A model generated the notes under the pieces. That model was not told the origin of the DNA. It saw only the letters and a program-made list of their open reading frames with translations, and did no database searches. Shown one piece after another: positions 19,762 through 30,251 of a DNA stretch of 64,000 nt (position 1 is its first letter; every line of letters begins with the position of its first letter). Made by a program: the position numbers and the translations under genes. The stretch is from Candidatus Multivorans sp. (GTDB lineage Bacteria > Acidobacteriota > Thermoanaerobaculia > Multivoradales > Multivoraceae). The stretch covers positions 704,001 to 768,000 of the forward strand of contig OZ245033.1 of the NCBI GenBank assembly GCA_965224025.1, given 5' to 3'.

Positions 19762-20646
19762 TCAGCCTTCGTCTTGCAGCCGCGACAGCGATTCGGTTGC
19801 CAGGCGAGCGGCTTCAGAGTCCGGGAAGCGTCTCGAGACTTCCCTGAAGCGGCGCTTGGCGCCCTCCGTGTCGCCGAGCCGCTCCAGGGTTCGGCCCACC
19901 TTGACCAGGGCGTCGGGAACCTTGTTTCCGAGCGGGTACTCGTGGAGCATTGTCTGGAATGCGGCCATCGCACCCCGGTTGTCGCCGCGGGCGAACCGGC
20001 ATTCGCCGATCCAGTAGAGGGCGTTGTCCGACAGCTCGCTCTCCGGAAAATCGTCGAGGAAGCGCTGGAAACCCAGTTCGGCTTCCACGTAATCACGGTT
20101 CAGGTAGTTCTCGCGAGCACGGTCGTAGAGTTCCTGGCCCGTCTCCTCGACGGTTGCCGGGACGCTGGATTCCTTGGCGGCGGCACTTGCGCCCGGTGCG
20201 GAGCCGGGTTCGGCCGCGTCGTTCGCCTCGACCTGCGGCGCATCCCTGGGCGCATCGTCGAGTTCCGTCACCTCGAGTACCTGCACCCGCGCCGGCGGCG
20301 GCGGTTCGAAGCGGACGGGTGGGGGAGGCGCGTTTGCCGCGGCCCTGACCTCCTCGAGAGCCTTCTCGAGTTCGACCATGCGCTCACGCAGCAGGGAGTT
20401 CTCCGACTCGCTCTCGGCGACCAGGCCTTCAAGCTGCTGGACCCGCTCTTCAAGTTGCTCCAGGTCGGCTCGGACACCCTCGTTGGGGGTTGTCAGGCGG
20501 TTCACGAACTCGCGCGGGGAGTCCGTGGAGGCGCAGCCGAGGCAGAAGCCGGCGATGGCGAGCGCCACGGGCACGCGAACAGATGCGGGCCGACGCCCGG
20601 GCGAGCGGCGGTGGCGCGGACAGCCGACGTCAGTTCTCGGCGCCAT
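19762..20646 (-). CDS. cpoB: Tol-Pal protein CpoB/YbgF-like lipoprotein
   Basis: Lipobox (LGC), coiled coil, TPR with DNALYWIGEC and KVPDALVKVG; start uncertain. Confidence 0.85.
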   Translation of the reverse strand: MAPRTDVGCPRHRRSPGRRPASVRVPVALAIAGFCLGCASTDSPREFVNRLTTPNEGVRADLEQLEERVQQLEGLVAESESENSLLRERMVELEKALEEVRAAANAPPPPVRFEPPPPARVQVLEVTELDDAPRDAPQVEANDAAEPGSAPGASAAAKESSVPATVEETGQELYDRARENYLNRDYVEAELGFQRFLDDFPESELSDNALYWIGECRFARGDNRGAMAAFQTMLHEYPLGNKVPDALVKVGRTLERLGDTEGAKRRFREVSRRFPDSEAARLATESLSRLQDEG

Positions 20647-20656
20647 CTTCGACCTG

Positions 20657-21583
20657 TTAGCGGCCCGCCAGATCGCGGCGGAGGCCATTGGGGAGAGCGC
20701 GCTCGTCCGAGTCTGGCTCCTCTGCACCGTCGGGGGGCGGCCGCCGCGGGGTTGGCGGGAGTTTGCTTCGCATTTCCCGGATCTTCTCCGGCGAAGGCAC
20801 TTTCTTGATCCAGGAACTGCCGGCGTGTTCGCTCCACAGCAGCTCGCAGGCGTCACGCAGATAGTCGACCGCCTCAAGCCCCGCGTCGGTGCTGGCCCGT
20901 TTGAGTATCTGGACGTAGGTGAGGCACATGAAGGCGTTGACCTTGTCCCGTTCCGGGTACGCCGGATACTCCTCGAGCATCTCCTTGAAGCGCTCGCCGG
21001 CCGCCCTGGGAGTGCGGAAGCGGTAGTAGAAGCTGCCGACGACGAACTCGTGCTCCGCCAGTTGGTTCCGGACCTCGACGATCTTCTGGGCGGCCTGACC
21101 GGCGTACTGGCTGGTCGGGTAGAGCCGGCGGACGTTCTGGAACTCGGTCAGCGCCTGACGCGCGGTCTGCTGGTCGCGGTCCGGTTTCTCGATCCGCTCC
21201 GCGAGCGCATCGGCGAGACGGAACTGGGCATACGCCGCGCGCTCGGAGGTGGGGAACCGGTTCAGGAAGTCGCGATAACGCTGCTCCGCTTCCACGTAGG
21301 ACTGGTAGCCGCCGCGCAGGAACAGTGCATCCGCGGCCAGCAGCAGACCCTCCCGGCCGGTCTCCGAGTTCGGTTCGACTTCGAAGGCGTGAACGAGGTG
21401 CTGGAGCGCCCGGGTGAACTTCTCGTCCTCCAGGAGCTGTTTTCCGATCTCGAGCGCCTCGGAGGACGACAGCCGGAGGATCGGATCGTCCTTGACGCCT
21501 CCACAGGCGACCACCAGAGTGAGCGTCGCCACAGCCAGCACCGTTCTTCCGGCCAGCAGCGTTCTTTCGGCAAGGGGCTTCAT
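20657..21583 (-). CDS. bamD: Outer membrane assembly lipoprotein BamD
   Basis: Lipobox VVAC, FLNRFPTS, PDRDQ, LAEHEFVVG.FYY. Confidence 0.9.
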   Translation of the reverse strand: MKPLAERTLLAGRTVLAVATLTLVVACGGVKDDPILRLSSSEALEIGKQLLEDEKFTRALQHLVHAFEVEPNSETGREGLLLAADALFLRGGYQSYVEAEQRYRDFLNRFPTSERAAYAQFRLADALAERIEKPDRDQQTARQALTEFQNVRRLYPTSQYAGQAAQKIVEVRNQLAEHEFVVGSFYYRFRTPRAAGERFKEMLEEYPAYPERDKVNAFMCLTYVQILKRASTDAGLEAVDYLRDACELLWSEHAGSSWIKKVPSPEKIREMRSKLPPTPRRPPPDGAEEPDSDERALPNGLRRDLAGR

Positions 21584-22233
21584 TCGTTGGCCTGCCGGCG
21601 CAGAGCCAGAAGCGCTTCGGCCGGGCGCGCAGCCGCGAAAACGCCCGAGCCCACGACCGCCACGTCGACGCCGGCCGCCGCGACCTCGTCGAGGTTCCCC
21701 GGCTTGATTCCGCCGTCCATTTCGATATTGGTCGAGAGCCCACGGGCCTTGACCATGGCGCCGAGTTGGCGCGCCTTGTCCAGTACGTTCGGCTGAAACG
21801 CCTGACCGGCGAATCCCGGCTGGACGGACATCAGAACGACGTAGTCCAGGTGCTCCAGGTAGGGGAGGAGATCGTCCAGCGGCGTCCCCGGGTTGATCGC
21901 CACACCGGCGCCTGCGCCCCGACCGCGAATTTGGGCCGCCAGGCGGGCCGGTTCGGTTGTCGCCTCGTGGTGGAACGACACCCAGACCGGCACACTGTCG
22001 AGGTAGCGGTCCATGAGCGCTTCCGGATTCGAGACCATCAAATGGATGTCGAAGCCCACGTGGCTGCGTTGCGCCAGGTCGGCAATCACCGGCGGACCGA
22101 AGGTGAGGTTGGGTACGAAGTGACCGTCCATCACGTCGACATGGATCAACTGGGCGCCGCCGTCCTCGCAGTGCTTGACGGCGGAAGCCAGATCGGCGAG
22201 GTCCGCCGCCAGGATCGAAGGCGCGATCTTCAT
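21580..22233 (-). CDS. rpe: Ribulose-phosphate 3-epimerase
   Basis: IAPSILAAD, HVDVMDGHFVPNLTFG, MSVQPGFAGQ, MDGGI. Confidence 0.97.
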   Translation of the reverse strand: MKIAPSILAADLADLASAVKHCEDGGAQLIHVDVMDGHFVPNLTFGPPVIADLAQRSHVGFDIHLMVSNPEALMDRYLDSVPVWVSFHHEATTEPARLAAQIRGRGAGAGVAINPGTPLDDLLPYLEHLDYVVLMSVQPGFAGQAFQPNVLDKARQLGAMVKARGLSTNIEMDGGIKPGNLDEVAAAGVDVAVVGSGVFAAARPAEALLALRRQANE

Positions 22234-22279
22234 CGTTCAGGTGCTCTGGGCGACGGGTTGTCTGGGAAACCTGGCGGGT

Positions 22280-23152
22280 TCAACGGCTTTCGTGCGCGGC
22301 GACGACCAGGGCGATCGAATCGCTTTGTCGCAGGGGATGGCCCGGCAGTGGATACTGACGCAGGATGATCCCGGCTTCGACGCCTTCGTAGGGCTCATAC
22401 TTTACTCTTCCGAGCCGGAATCCGCGCGTTTCGAAGTAGGTCCGAACGGGCGCTTCGGGTAGATCGATCAGATCCGGCATGACGAACGCCGCGCCCGGGT
22501 TGGCCAGGCTGACCATGACGTCGACCTGGGAAGACGGTTCGACCCGGCTGCCGGGCGGTGGACTCTGTCGGATGACGGTTCCGGGTGTGCCGAACTCGGC
22601 GTATACGCTCCGGCTCCTGCCCAGTTGCAGGCCGGAGGCCGCGAGACTGACCTGAATCGTTTGCGGGACCTGACCGGTCAGATCCGGAGTCTCGACGAAC
22701 TGACGTCCCCTTGACAGGTGGATGGCGACGCCGCTGTCCTGCTTGACGGCGCTTCCGGCCGGCGGATCGTGCCGGAGCACATGGCCCGCGGGGACGGCGT
22801 CGTCGTAGCGGTCCTCTTCGACCCGGCGCACCGTCAAGCCGGCGGCGGCGAGAGTGGCCTCGGCATGATCCACGTCCAGGCCGACCAGGTCGGGCACCGC
22901 GATCACTCCGCTGCGGACGAAGTTGGAGAGGGCCAGATAGGACGAGGCGCCGAGCAGCGCGGTGAGCAGGCCGGCGTACAACGCGCCCACGACGAGGCGC
23001 TTCAGCCAGCGCCGGCGCAGCGTGCGTGCGAGCCACCGAGCGAGAATTGTGGGCGAGAGTCGCGCGGAGCCCATCCTGCGCAGCGCGTTCATCGCGGACC
23101 GCGCGACTTTCTGTGCCGGCGCGGGGAAGGTCAGCTTCCGTTTGGCGGTCAT
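22280..23152 (-). CDS. Membrane-anchored PASTA-domain protein (3 PASTA repeats)
   Basis: TM helix followed by VPDLVG, TPDLTG and MPDLID repeats with Q.P.PG motifs; start uncertain. Confidence 0.88.
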   Translation of the reverse strand: MTAKRKLTFPAPAQKVARSAMNALRRMGSARLSPTILARWLARTLRRRWLKRLVVGALYAGLLTALLGASSYLALSNFVRSGVIAVPDLVGLDVDHAEATLAAAGLTVRRVEEDRYDDAVPAGHVLRHDPPAGSAVKQDSGVAIHLSRGRQFVETPDLTGQVPQTIQVSLAASGLQLGRSRSVYAEFGTPGTVIRQSPPPGSRVEPSSQVDVMVSLANPGAAFVMPDLIDLPEAPVRTYFETRGFRLGRVKYEPYEGVEAGIILRQYPLPGHPLRQSDSIALVVAAHESR

Positions 23153-23167
23153 CTGCGTCCCTTGCCC

Positions 23168-24478
23168 TCAGCGCCCCAGGGCGGGCAGGTTCTTCACCAG
23201 GTCGAAGTAGAGCGCGAACATCATGATTCCGACGATCACGACGAGGCCGAACTGGGTCACCAGGTTCTTGACCTTGGTGGACAGATCGCGCCGCAGAACG
23301 CTCTCGAACAGCAGGATGACGAGCTGGCCGCCATCCAGGACCGGGATCGGCAGCAGGTTGAGAATGCAGATGTTGAGGCTGATCAGGGCAGTCAGGAACA
23401 CGAGATCGCTGAAGCTCCGCCGGGCCGCCTGACCGCTGATCCTGGCGATCTCGATGGGCCCGGCGAGGGCGCTCTGGGGCGAGACGCGACGCTCGGCCAG
23501 CCTGCCCAGGAAGCCGAAGATCTCGGTTGTGGTCTCCCAGTTGATGCGCGCGCTCTCGATGAGGGCGGAGGCGGGGCCTGTGCGCTGGTACGAGAAGTGG
23601 CTGATCGCGATGCCGGCACGGCCGACACCGCCTTCGTTCGCCGGCACCAATCGGACCACGAGGCGCTCATCGCCGCGGCCGATCTCGACGCTCACCTCTT
23701 CGCCTGCGCGCGGCTCCACCAGCCGGCGGAAGTCGTCCGCGTCAGCGATGGGGTGGCCGTCCACTGCGTAGAGCGTGTCGCCGTACCGAATTCCCGCCTG
23801 CTCGGCGGGCGTTCCTTCAAACACCTGCCGAACGCGCGGCAGCAGGCTGGCGTACATGCCGGCGTCGCCCAGTTCGTGGCGGGGAATCCGGCGCGGTACG
23901 AGCACCGTGCTCAGCATCCTGCCGTCGCGTTCGAAATCGACGGCGAGACGCCGTTCCGGTGAAGTGAGAACGATGTTCGCGACCTCGCGCCAGCCGGACA
24001 CGTCCTCGTCGTCCAGGCGCAGGATGGTGTCGCCGGCCTGCAGGCCGGCCTCGGAGGCGGCGGAGTCCTGAGCCACGGCGCCGATCTCGGTGCTGAGGTC
24101 GCGGGGCCCCGCCAGCTCGGTGCCGGCCACCAGCACGGCCGCGATCAGGACGATCGAGAGCACGACATTGGCGGCGGGGCCGGCCAGGAGGACGACCATT
24201 CGCTGCCATCGGGGCTTGGTGATGAAGTCGCCGGCGTCGCCCGTAGGATTGGAGGGGTCGATCTCGGAGAAGGCTACGTACCCGCCCAGCGGCACCATCG
24301 CCAGCCGGTACTCCGTGCCGCTCCGCTCGAATCCCCAGAGCCGGGCGCCGAAACCGATCGAGAACACGCGGACCCTGATCCGAAACAGCCGCGCCGCCAG
24401 GAAGTGCCCCAGTTCGTGAACGAAGATGATCACGCCGATCACGACCAGCAGGGCCAGGATGTTGCTCAGGATGTTCAT
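23168..24478 (-). CDS. rseP: RIP metalloprotease RseP
   Basis: HELGH, FSIGFG, PLGGYV, two PDZ domains, NLLPIPVLDGG. Confidence 0.95.
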   Translation of the reverse strand: MNILSNILALLVVIGVIIFVHELGHFLAARLFRIRVRVFSIGFGARLWGFERSGTEYRLAMVPLGGYVAFSEIDPSNPTGDAGDFITKPRWQRMVVLLAGPAANVVLSIVLIAAVLVAGTELAGPRDLSTEIGAVAQDSAASEAGLQAGDTILRLDDEDVSGWREVANIVLTSPERRLAVDFERDGRMLSTVLVPRRIPRHELGDAGMYASLLPRVRQVFEGTPAEQAGIRYGDTLYAVDGHPIADADDFRRLVEPRAGEEVSVEIGRGDERLVVRLVPANEGGVGRAGIAISHFSYQRTGPASALIESARINWETTTEIFGFLGRLAERRVSPQSALAGPIEIARISGQAARRSFSDLVFLTALISLNICILNLLPIPVLDGGQLVILLFESVLRRDLSTKVKNLVTQFGLVVIVGIMMFALYFDLVKNLPALGR

Positions 24479-24514
24479 CGGGCTGAAAGGCGCGAACGGA
24501 GGCGCCCGCCGATG

Positions 24515-25711
24515 CTAACCGCCGAAACGCGCCAGGACTTCCCGGGCGTGGCGACGACCCCACGAATCCCAGGCCAGGGCCTCCTCGATGCTGTCCGGCT
24601 CGCCGCCGCCTGCCTGCCTGCCGTGGCGTTCGAGCACTCCGGCCACCACGGGCACGATCGCGGTGAATGGGGCCCTGCGGCTGAGAAACGCGTCGACAGC
24701 GATCTCGTTCGCCGCGTTCAGGACCGCCGGTGCGCCGCCGCTCTGGGCCAGGGCATCACGGGCCAGCGACGGCGCGGGGAAGAGGGCCGGATCGACTCGC
24801 CGGAACTCCAGTCTCGAGGTCGCCTGCAGCAGTTCACTCAGTTCGCCCAGCGCCTCGCCGCCGGGCCGCGGCCAGCGTTCGGGATACGACAGCGCGTACT
24901 GGATGGGGTACTGCATGTCGTTGGTGGAAATCTGTGCGATCCCGTTGCCACAGCAAAACTCGACGATCGAGTGAACGAGGGACTGCGGGTGGATCACGAT
25001 GTCGATCCGGGCGCCGGCCACGTCGAACAGGTAGCTCGCTTCGATCAACTCCAGGCCCTTGTTCATCAAGGTCGCGGAATCGACGCTGATCTTGGCGCCC
25101 ATGTCCCAGGTCGGGTGAGCAGTCGCCTCGGCGGGCGTCACCGCCTCCAGGGTGGTGGGATCGCGGTCGAGGAACGGACCGCCCGATGCGGTCAGCACCA
25201 GGCGGCGGACCTCCTGGGGGCGGCCCGCCCGCAGCGCCTGGTGGATCGCGGCGTGCTCGCTGTCGACCGGCAGGATGGACGCGCCCGAGGCGGCCGCCAA
25301 CCGGCGCAGCACGGGGCCGGCCGCAACCATCGCCTCCTTGTTGGCGAGCGCCACATCGGCGCCGGCTGCAAGCGCCGCTGCCGCGGGCCTGAGGCCTGCC
25401 GCGCCGACGATCGCCGTCACCACCAAGTCGATCTCGCCGGCGCCTACCGCTTCCAACAGCGCCTCTTCGCCGCTTGCCAGGCTGGTTCCTTCCGGCAATT
25501 CGCCGCGGAGCGCAGCTGCCGTGTCGGCGCCTGCCACGACGACGCAGTCGGGCCCGAACTCATGCGCCAATTCGACCAAGCGCGCCGGTCGCGTTCCGTG
25601 CGCCGCGAGCACCGAGACCCGTAGCCGGTCCGGATGGCTGCGGGACACGGCCAGGGTGGCTTCGCCGATCGAGCCGGTGGCCCCCAGTACGGCGACGCTG
25701 CGTCGGTTCAA
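24515..25711 (-). CDS. dxr: 1-deoxy-D-xylulose-5-phosphate reductoisomerase
   Basis: LGATGSIG, LANKE, PVDSEH, HPTWDMGAKISVDSATLMNKGLE; TTG start overlaps the cdsA stop. Confidence 0.96.
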   Translation of the reverse strand: MNRRSVAVLGATGSIGEATLAVSRSHPDRLRVSVLAAHGTRPARLVELAHEFGPDCVVVAGADTAAALRGELPEGTSLASGEEALLEAVGAGEIDLVVTAIVGAAGLRPAAAALAAGADVALANKEAMVAAGPVLRRLAAASGASILPVDSEHAAIHQALRAGRPQEVRRLVLTASGGPFLDRDPTTLEAVTPAEATAHPTWDMGAKISVDSATLMNKGLELIEASYLFDVAGARIDIVIHPQSLVHSIVEFCCGNGIAQISTNDMQYPIQYALSYPERWPRPGGEALGELSELLQATSRLEFRRVDPALFPAPSLARDALAQSGGAPAVLNAANEIAVDAFLSRRAPFTAIVPVVAGVLERHGRQAGGGEPDSIEEALAWDSWGRRHAREVLARFGG

Positions 25712-26583
25712 GGCAGGGCTCCGGCCGCGCCGATCACGTAGCGGACCGGGACCGTCGGCCCGAAGGCGCCAATGGCGACAGCGAGGTACATCAGCGGCGT
25801 TGCCAGCATCACGCTGTCCAGCCGGTCGAGGAGGCCGCCGTGCCCGGGCAGCAGGTGGCTGGTGTCCTCGACCTGGGCCGCGCGCTTCAGCAGGGACGCC
25901 ACCAAGTCTCCGGCCTGACCCGCGCCGCCGCAGGCAAGCGCCACAAACGGAACCCCCAGTTCGAAGTCGTCCGGGCCGAGCCAGATCAGGAACACCACGA
26001 CGCCGACGCCTACGCTTGCGGCCAAACCGCTCACGGCGCCCGCGATCGTCTTCTTCGGACTGATGGTGGGGGCCAGGGGCCGGCGACCGAACGTCCGCCC
26101 ACCGTAGTAGGCGCCGATGTCGCCCAGCGCGGCTACGGCCAGAACCCAGAGCAGAAGCACGGGATCGAGGCGGTGAAGGTGGATCGCGGCGATGAGGAAC
26201 AGCCCCAGCCAGAGCGCCCCGAAAGAGAACAGCGCTGCGGCCGCCAGCCGGTCGCGCACCTCGGCGCGGCCGCCCAGCCCGATCGCCACCGCCATGGCGA
26301 GAACGGCCGTTGCCGCCAGGAACCAGAGGTCGAGGCCGGTGAGCCCGGGAAGGGGGACGATCTGGTTGTGGACGGCGCCTGCAAGCGCCACAAGGGCCAC
26401 GGCCAACCACAGCGCCAAGCGGAACTTCGGCGAGACGACGATCCGCTGCACCAGGGCGGCGAACTCCGCGGCCGCCAGCAGGACCACCACGGTGACGACC
26501 GCCACGAAGAACAGGGGCTTCAGGTACAGGACGATGGCTGTCGCCAGCGCCGCGGTCACACTCCCCGTGACAACGCGCTTCAT
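25708..26583 (-). CDS. cdsA: Phosphatidate cytidylyltransferase
   Basis: ISPKKT, GDLVASLLKR, LPGHGGLLDRLDS. Confidence 0.94.
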   Translation of the reverse strand: MKRVVTGSVTAALATAIVLYLKPLFFVAVVTVVVLLAAAEFAALVQRIVVSPKFRLALWLAVALVALAGAVHNQIVPLPGLTGLDLWFLAATAVLAMAVAIGLGGRAEVRDRLAAAALFSFGALWLGLFLIAAIHLHRLDPVLLLWVLAVAALGDIGAYYGGRTFGRRPLAPTISPKKTIAGAVSGLAASVGVGVVVFLIWLGPDDFELGVPFVALACGGAGQAGDLVASLLKRAAQVEDTSHLLPGHGGLLDRLDSVMLATPLMYLAVAIGAFGPTVPVRYVIGAAGALP

Positions 26584-27335
26584 TGCGGCCGACTGTATTC
26601 CACGTGCTCCAGACAGAGTCCCTGGGCCGGTACGTTGGGGCCGGCGGCCGAGCGTGGGCCGCCCTCGAGGAGCTTGGCAAAGTCATTCAGCGACCGGCGA
26701 CCGCGACCGACTTCGAGCGTGGTGCCGACGAGGGCGCGGACCATGCCGCGCAGAAACCCGTCGCCGGCGACGCAGAATCTCAGCTCGTCGCCGGCCTCGG
26801 TCCACGCGGCTTGGTGGATCGTCCGCTCCGGTCGGCCGTGGCTGCCCCCGGACTTGGCGAAAGCCGAGAAGTCGTGCCGTCCCAGGAGCAGGGAGGCGGC
26901 GCTCTTCATTCCTTCCAGGCCGAGTCCGGTCGGCGCCGGGACGACGAAGGGCGCCCGAAACGGGTCGATCACCGGGGCACGGCAGAGCCGGTAGCGGTAG
27001 ACCTTGAAGGCAGCGCTCTTGCGGGCGTGAAAGGCGTCGTCTACAGGGTCGGCGTCCAGCACTCGGATCGCCGTCGGCAGATGGCGGTTGGCGCCGTGGA
27101 CCAGGGCACGGCGGGTCTCCCGGGGCGCCGACCCCGCCGCCACCGTCAGGTGAGCCGCCTGGCCGCGGGCATGGACCCCGGCATCGGTACGCCCGGCGCC
27201 GTGCACGGTCACGTTTCGGCCGAGGATCCGGGCCAGGGCTTCCTCGACGACCTGCTGGATGCCGAGCGCATTGGCCTGACGCTGCCAGCCGGCGTAGTCC
27301 GTGCCGACATAGGCGATCCGCAGGCGGTACTTCAC
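26580..27335 (-). CDS. truA: tRNA pseudouridine(38-40) synthase
   Basis: Y.GT.YAGWQRQ, AGRTDAGVHA, FHAR, GFLRGMVR. Confidence 0.96.
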   Translation of the reverse strand: MKYRLRIAYVGTDYAGWQRQANALGIQQVVEEALARILGRNVTVHGAGRTDAGVHARGQAAHLTVAAGSAPRETRRALVHGANRHLPTAIRVLDADPVDDAFHARKSAAFKVYRYRLCRAPVIDPFRAPFVVPAPTGLGLEGMKSAASLLLGRHDFSAFAKSGGSHGRPERTIHQAAWTEAGDELRFCVAGDGFLRGMVRALVGTTLEVGRGRRSLNDFAKLLEGGPRSAAGPNVPAQGLCLEHVEYSRPQ

Positions 27336-28756
27336 GGCCGTCCCGCCCGCATCCGCCCATCAAGCAGGAACAGCACCAGCGGTGGCAGCCAGACCGCGCC
27401 GTAGATCCAGGGGAAGTAGTCGACGCCCGCGAGCGCCGGCAGGTAGGCCAGGGGCAGGGTCGCCGACAGCAGCAGCACGCTTCGCACTCCCAGCAGCGCC
27501 GCCCAGGGCAGTACCCAGATCAGGTACCAGGGATAGAGCGTCGGACTTGCAAGCAGGACGATGCCGATGGCGCCTAGCGCCGCGCCGGCCGCGCCGGGAC
27601 GCCGCCGCCAGAGGCGGAGCCACGCGGCGACGCCCGCGGCCAGGAGCAGGACGCGGGCGAGAAACTGGGGATAAGCGTAAGAGTAGAAGGTGTCCCATGG
27701 CGTTGCTGTGACCTCGCCGCCGAAGACCACCCGGACCGCGTGGACGACCCCCGCGGCCGCCCGGTCGAGTTGCAGCACGTCGACCAGCCGCCAGAGCGGC
27801 TCGTAGAGCGGGCCGTTGTACTCCCAGCGCAGCGCGTAGACGGCGAGGCCCGGAGGGACGCCGCCCGTCCAGACCAGAACGGCCGCCGCCCCTGGGACGA
27901 GCAGGCAGGTGGCGCCGAGGGCGAACAACCGGCCCTGCGGCCGGTCGCGCCGAATCCAGCTCCACCAGAGGGGGATTGCGGCAAGCGGAACCAGCTTGGC
28001 CAGCACGCCGAGCGCGGCGACGGCCCCGGCAGAGAGCGAACGCGGGGGGCCGGACGGGGAACCGCGCCGGACCGGGATCAGATAGACGCAGGCGATGACC
28101 AGCGAGGCGCCCAGCACGTCGACGTGGCCCATGCCGGCGCCCTCGATCACGACCAATGGATTCCAGACGTAGGCGAGAGCCGCCGCGACGGACCCGCGCC
28201 GTCGGGCGAGCGCGAGCAGCAGGATGCAGCCGATCAGGTCGACCGCGGCCAGCGTGAGCTTGTAGCCGGTGAGCGGCCGCGGCAGGAAGTTGGCGGCCGT
28301 AAAGAGGCTCAGGGCCAGAGGCGGATAGACCGTGGCGACGTCGCGGTGGGCGGTCCGCTGCCACAGGTCGTCGCGCAATCCGGTCAGGTCGGCGTCGTTC
28401 GGCGTGAGGCGGTACGGATTGGCGCCGGAAGCGGCGACCCGGCCGTCCCAGAGGTAGCGATGGACGTCGTCGGACAGGCTCGGCGCCAGCGGCAGCGCCA
28501 GCAGGCGCAGCAGCAGGGCGACGACGAGGACGCCGGCGACCGGCAGCTCGCCCGCCCCTCCCTGCCGCGCCGGTCCCAGCCGCCTCAGCGCCCGGAAGAA
28601 GGCGCCGAAGGCCAGCAGGAGCACTGCCAGGAAGAGAACGCTCGTCCAGGGCGCGTCGGCCGCCGGTCGCAAGCCGGTCCGGTCCAGGAGCAGGAGCCCG
28701 CCGAAGCACGCGAGCAGGGGCCAGGCGGACGCCGCCAGAGGGAGTGCCCTTGCCAT
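27332..28756 (-). CDS. GT-C fold membrane glycosyltransferase (GT87/DUF2029-like)
   Basis: LSDDVHRYLWDG, NPY..TP, YPPL, WNPL..IE...GHVD, PWY; many TM helices. Confidence 0.8.
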   Translation of the reverse strand: MARALPLAASAWPLLACFGGLLLLDRTGLRPAADAPWTSVLFLAVLLLAFGAFFRALRRLGPARQGGAGELPVAGVLVVALLLRLLALPLAPSLSDDVHRYLWDGRVAASGANPYRLTPNDADLTGLRDDLWQRTAHRDVATVYPPLALSLFTAANFLPRPLTGYKLTLAAVDLIGCILLLALARRRGSVAAALAYVWNPLVVIEGAGMGHVDVLGASLVIACVYLIPVRRGSPSGPPRSLSAGAVAALGVLAKLVPLAAIPLWWSWIRRDRPQGRLFALGATCLLVPGAAAVLVWTGGVPPGLAVYALRWEYNGPLYEPLWRLVDVLQLDRAAAGVVHAVRVVFGGEVTATPWDTFYSYAYPQFLARVLLLAAGVAAWLRLWRRRPGAAGAALGAIGIVLLASPTLYPWYLIWVLPWAALLGVRSVLLLSATLPLAYLPALAGVDYFPWIYGAVWLPPLVLFLLDGRMRAGRP

Positions 28757-28769
28757 ATCGTCGGCGTCC

Positions 28770-30251
28770 GTGCTTCTTCCCGTGTACTACGCCGTTCTCG
28801 GCACGCTCGCACTCTTCGGACTGCACCGGCTGGTTCTGCTGCTGGTGCTGCGCTTGGTCCGGTCACCCGCCAAGGCGGGTGGCTCGGTCGCAGCCGGCGC
28901 GGAGACTGAAGCCCGTTTGCCCCGGGTCACTGTGCCCCGGGTCACCGTCCAACTGCCAATCTACAACGAGCGCTACGTGGCCCCGCGCCTGATCGCCGCC
29001 GTGCTCGACTTTGACTACCCCACAGAACGGCTGGAGATTCAGATCCTGGACGATTCGACCGACGACACGGGCGAGCGGATCGAGGCCGCGCTCGAGGAGG
29101 CATCGAAGCGGGGTCGTCCGCTGCCGACGGTTCGCCACCTCCGCCGGCGCGGCCGCGAGGGTTTCAAGGCAGGCGCTCTGGCGGCCGGTCTGACCGAGGC
29201 GCGCGGCGAGCTGATCGCGATCTTCGACGCCGACTTCGTCCCCGGGCCGGACTTCCTGCGCCGCACGGTGCCGGCCTTCGCCGATCCCGGGCTCGGCATG
29301 GTCCAGGCGCGATGGGACCACATGAACCGGAATGACTCCCTGCTCACGCGCGCCCAGGCGGTGCTGCTCGACGGTCACTTCCTGGTCGAGCAGGAGGCGC
29401 GCTTCCGGTTGGGCTGCTTCTTCAACTTCAACGGCACCGCGGGCGTCTGGCGGCGCCGGGCGATCGAAGAGGCCGGCGGCTGGAAGTTCGACACGCTGAC
29501 CGAAGATCTCGACCTCTCCTACCGCGCGCAGCTCGCCGGCTGGCGCTTCGCGTTGATGACCGACCTCGCGGCGCCGGCGGATTTGCCGGCACGCGTCAAC
29601 GACTTCAAGAGTCAGCAGCACCGCTGGGCGCGCGGTACGGCCCAGGCCATGCGCAAGCTGCTGGGACGTATCCTGCGCAGCGCGGTCAGGCCGCGGGTCA
29701 AGCTCGCGGCGACGGCGCACCTGACCTCGGGTTTCTGCCATCCGTTGCTCGTCGCGCTGGGACTGCTGCTTCTGCCGGCCATCCTGCTGCGCCAGGAATC
29801 TCCGTACCTGCTGCTGTGGATCGACGCGCCTCTGTTCCTGCTCGGCACCGTTGCCGTGGCCGGCTGCTACGCCGCCGGCCAGCGCCGGGCCGGGCGGCCG
29901 GGTTCCCGGGCGTGGTTGGAGGTGCCGCTTGCGATGTCCGTTGGCATCGGCCTGTCGCTTCACAACTCGGCCGCGGTGGTTACCGGTCTGTTCCGCCGCG
30001 GCGGCGTGTTCGCCCGCACCCCCAAGATCCCGGCCGGCGCGCGAAACCCTCCCGCGCTGTACCGGTCGAACGCGGTCTGGAGCCTCTGGGGCGAAGCCGC
30101 GCTCGCGCTCTACTTCTGGGTCTGCATTGCCGCCGCCGGCTGGAGCGGCCGTTGGTGGTCCCTGCCCTTCCTGTATCTCTTCGCGCAGGGATACAGCCTG
30201 ATGGTGCTCGGCGGGGCTCTGCCGCGTTGGGGACGCCGAGCGCGGTTGTGA
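28770..30251 (+). CDS. Processive GT2 glycosyltransferase (cellulose-synthase/CslA-like)
   Basis: [38 protein letters not shown] (D,D,D,QxxRW). Confidence 0.9.
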   Translation: MLLPVYYAVLGTLALFGLHRLVLLLVLRLVRSPAKAGGSVAAGAETEARLPRVTVPRVTVQLPIYNERYVAPRLIAAVLDFDYPTERLEIQILDDSTDDTGERIEAALEEASKRGRPLPTVRHLRRRGREGFKAGALAAGLTEARGELIAIFDADFVPGPDFLRRTVPAFADPGLGMVQARWDHMNRNDSLLTRAQAVLLDGHFLVEQEARFRLGCFFNFNGTAGVWRRRAIEEAGGWKFDTLTEDLDLSYRAQLAGWRFALMTDLAAPADLPARVNDFKSQQHRWARGTAQAMRKLLGRILRSAVRPRVKLAATAHLTSGFCHPLLVALGLLLLPAILLRQESPYLLLWIDAPLFLLGTVAVAGCYAAGQRRAGRPGSRAWLEVPLAMSVGIGLSLHNSAAVVTGLFRRGGVFARTPKIPAGARNPPALYRSNAVWSLWGEAALALYFWVCIAAAGWSGRWWSLPFLYLFAQGYSLMVLGGALPRWGRRARL

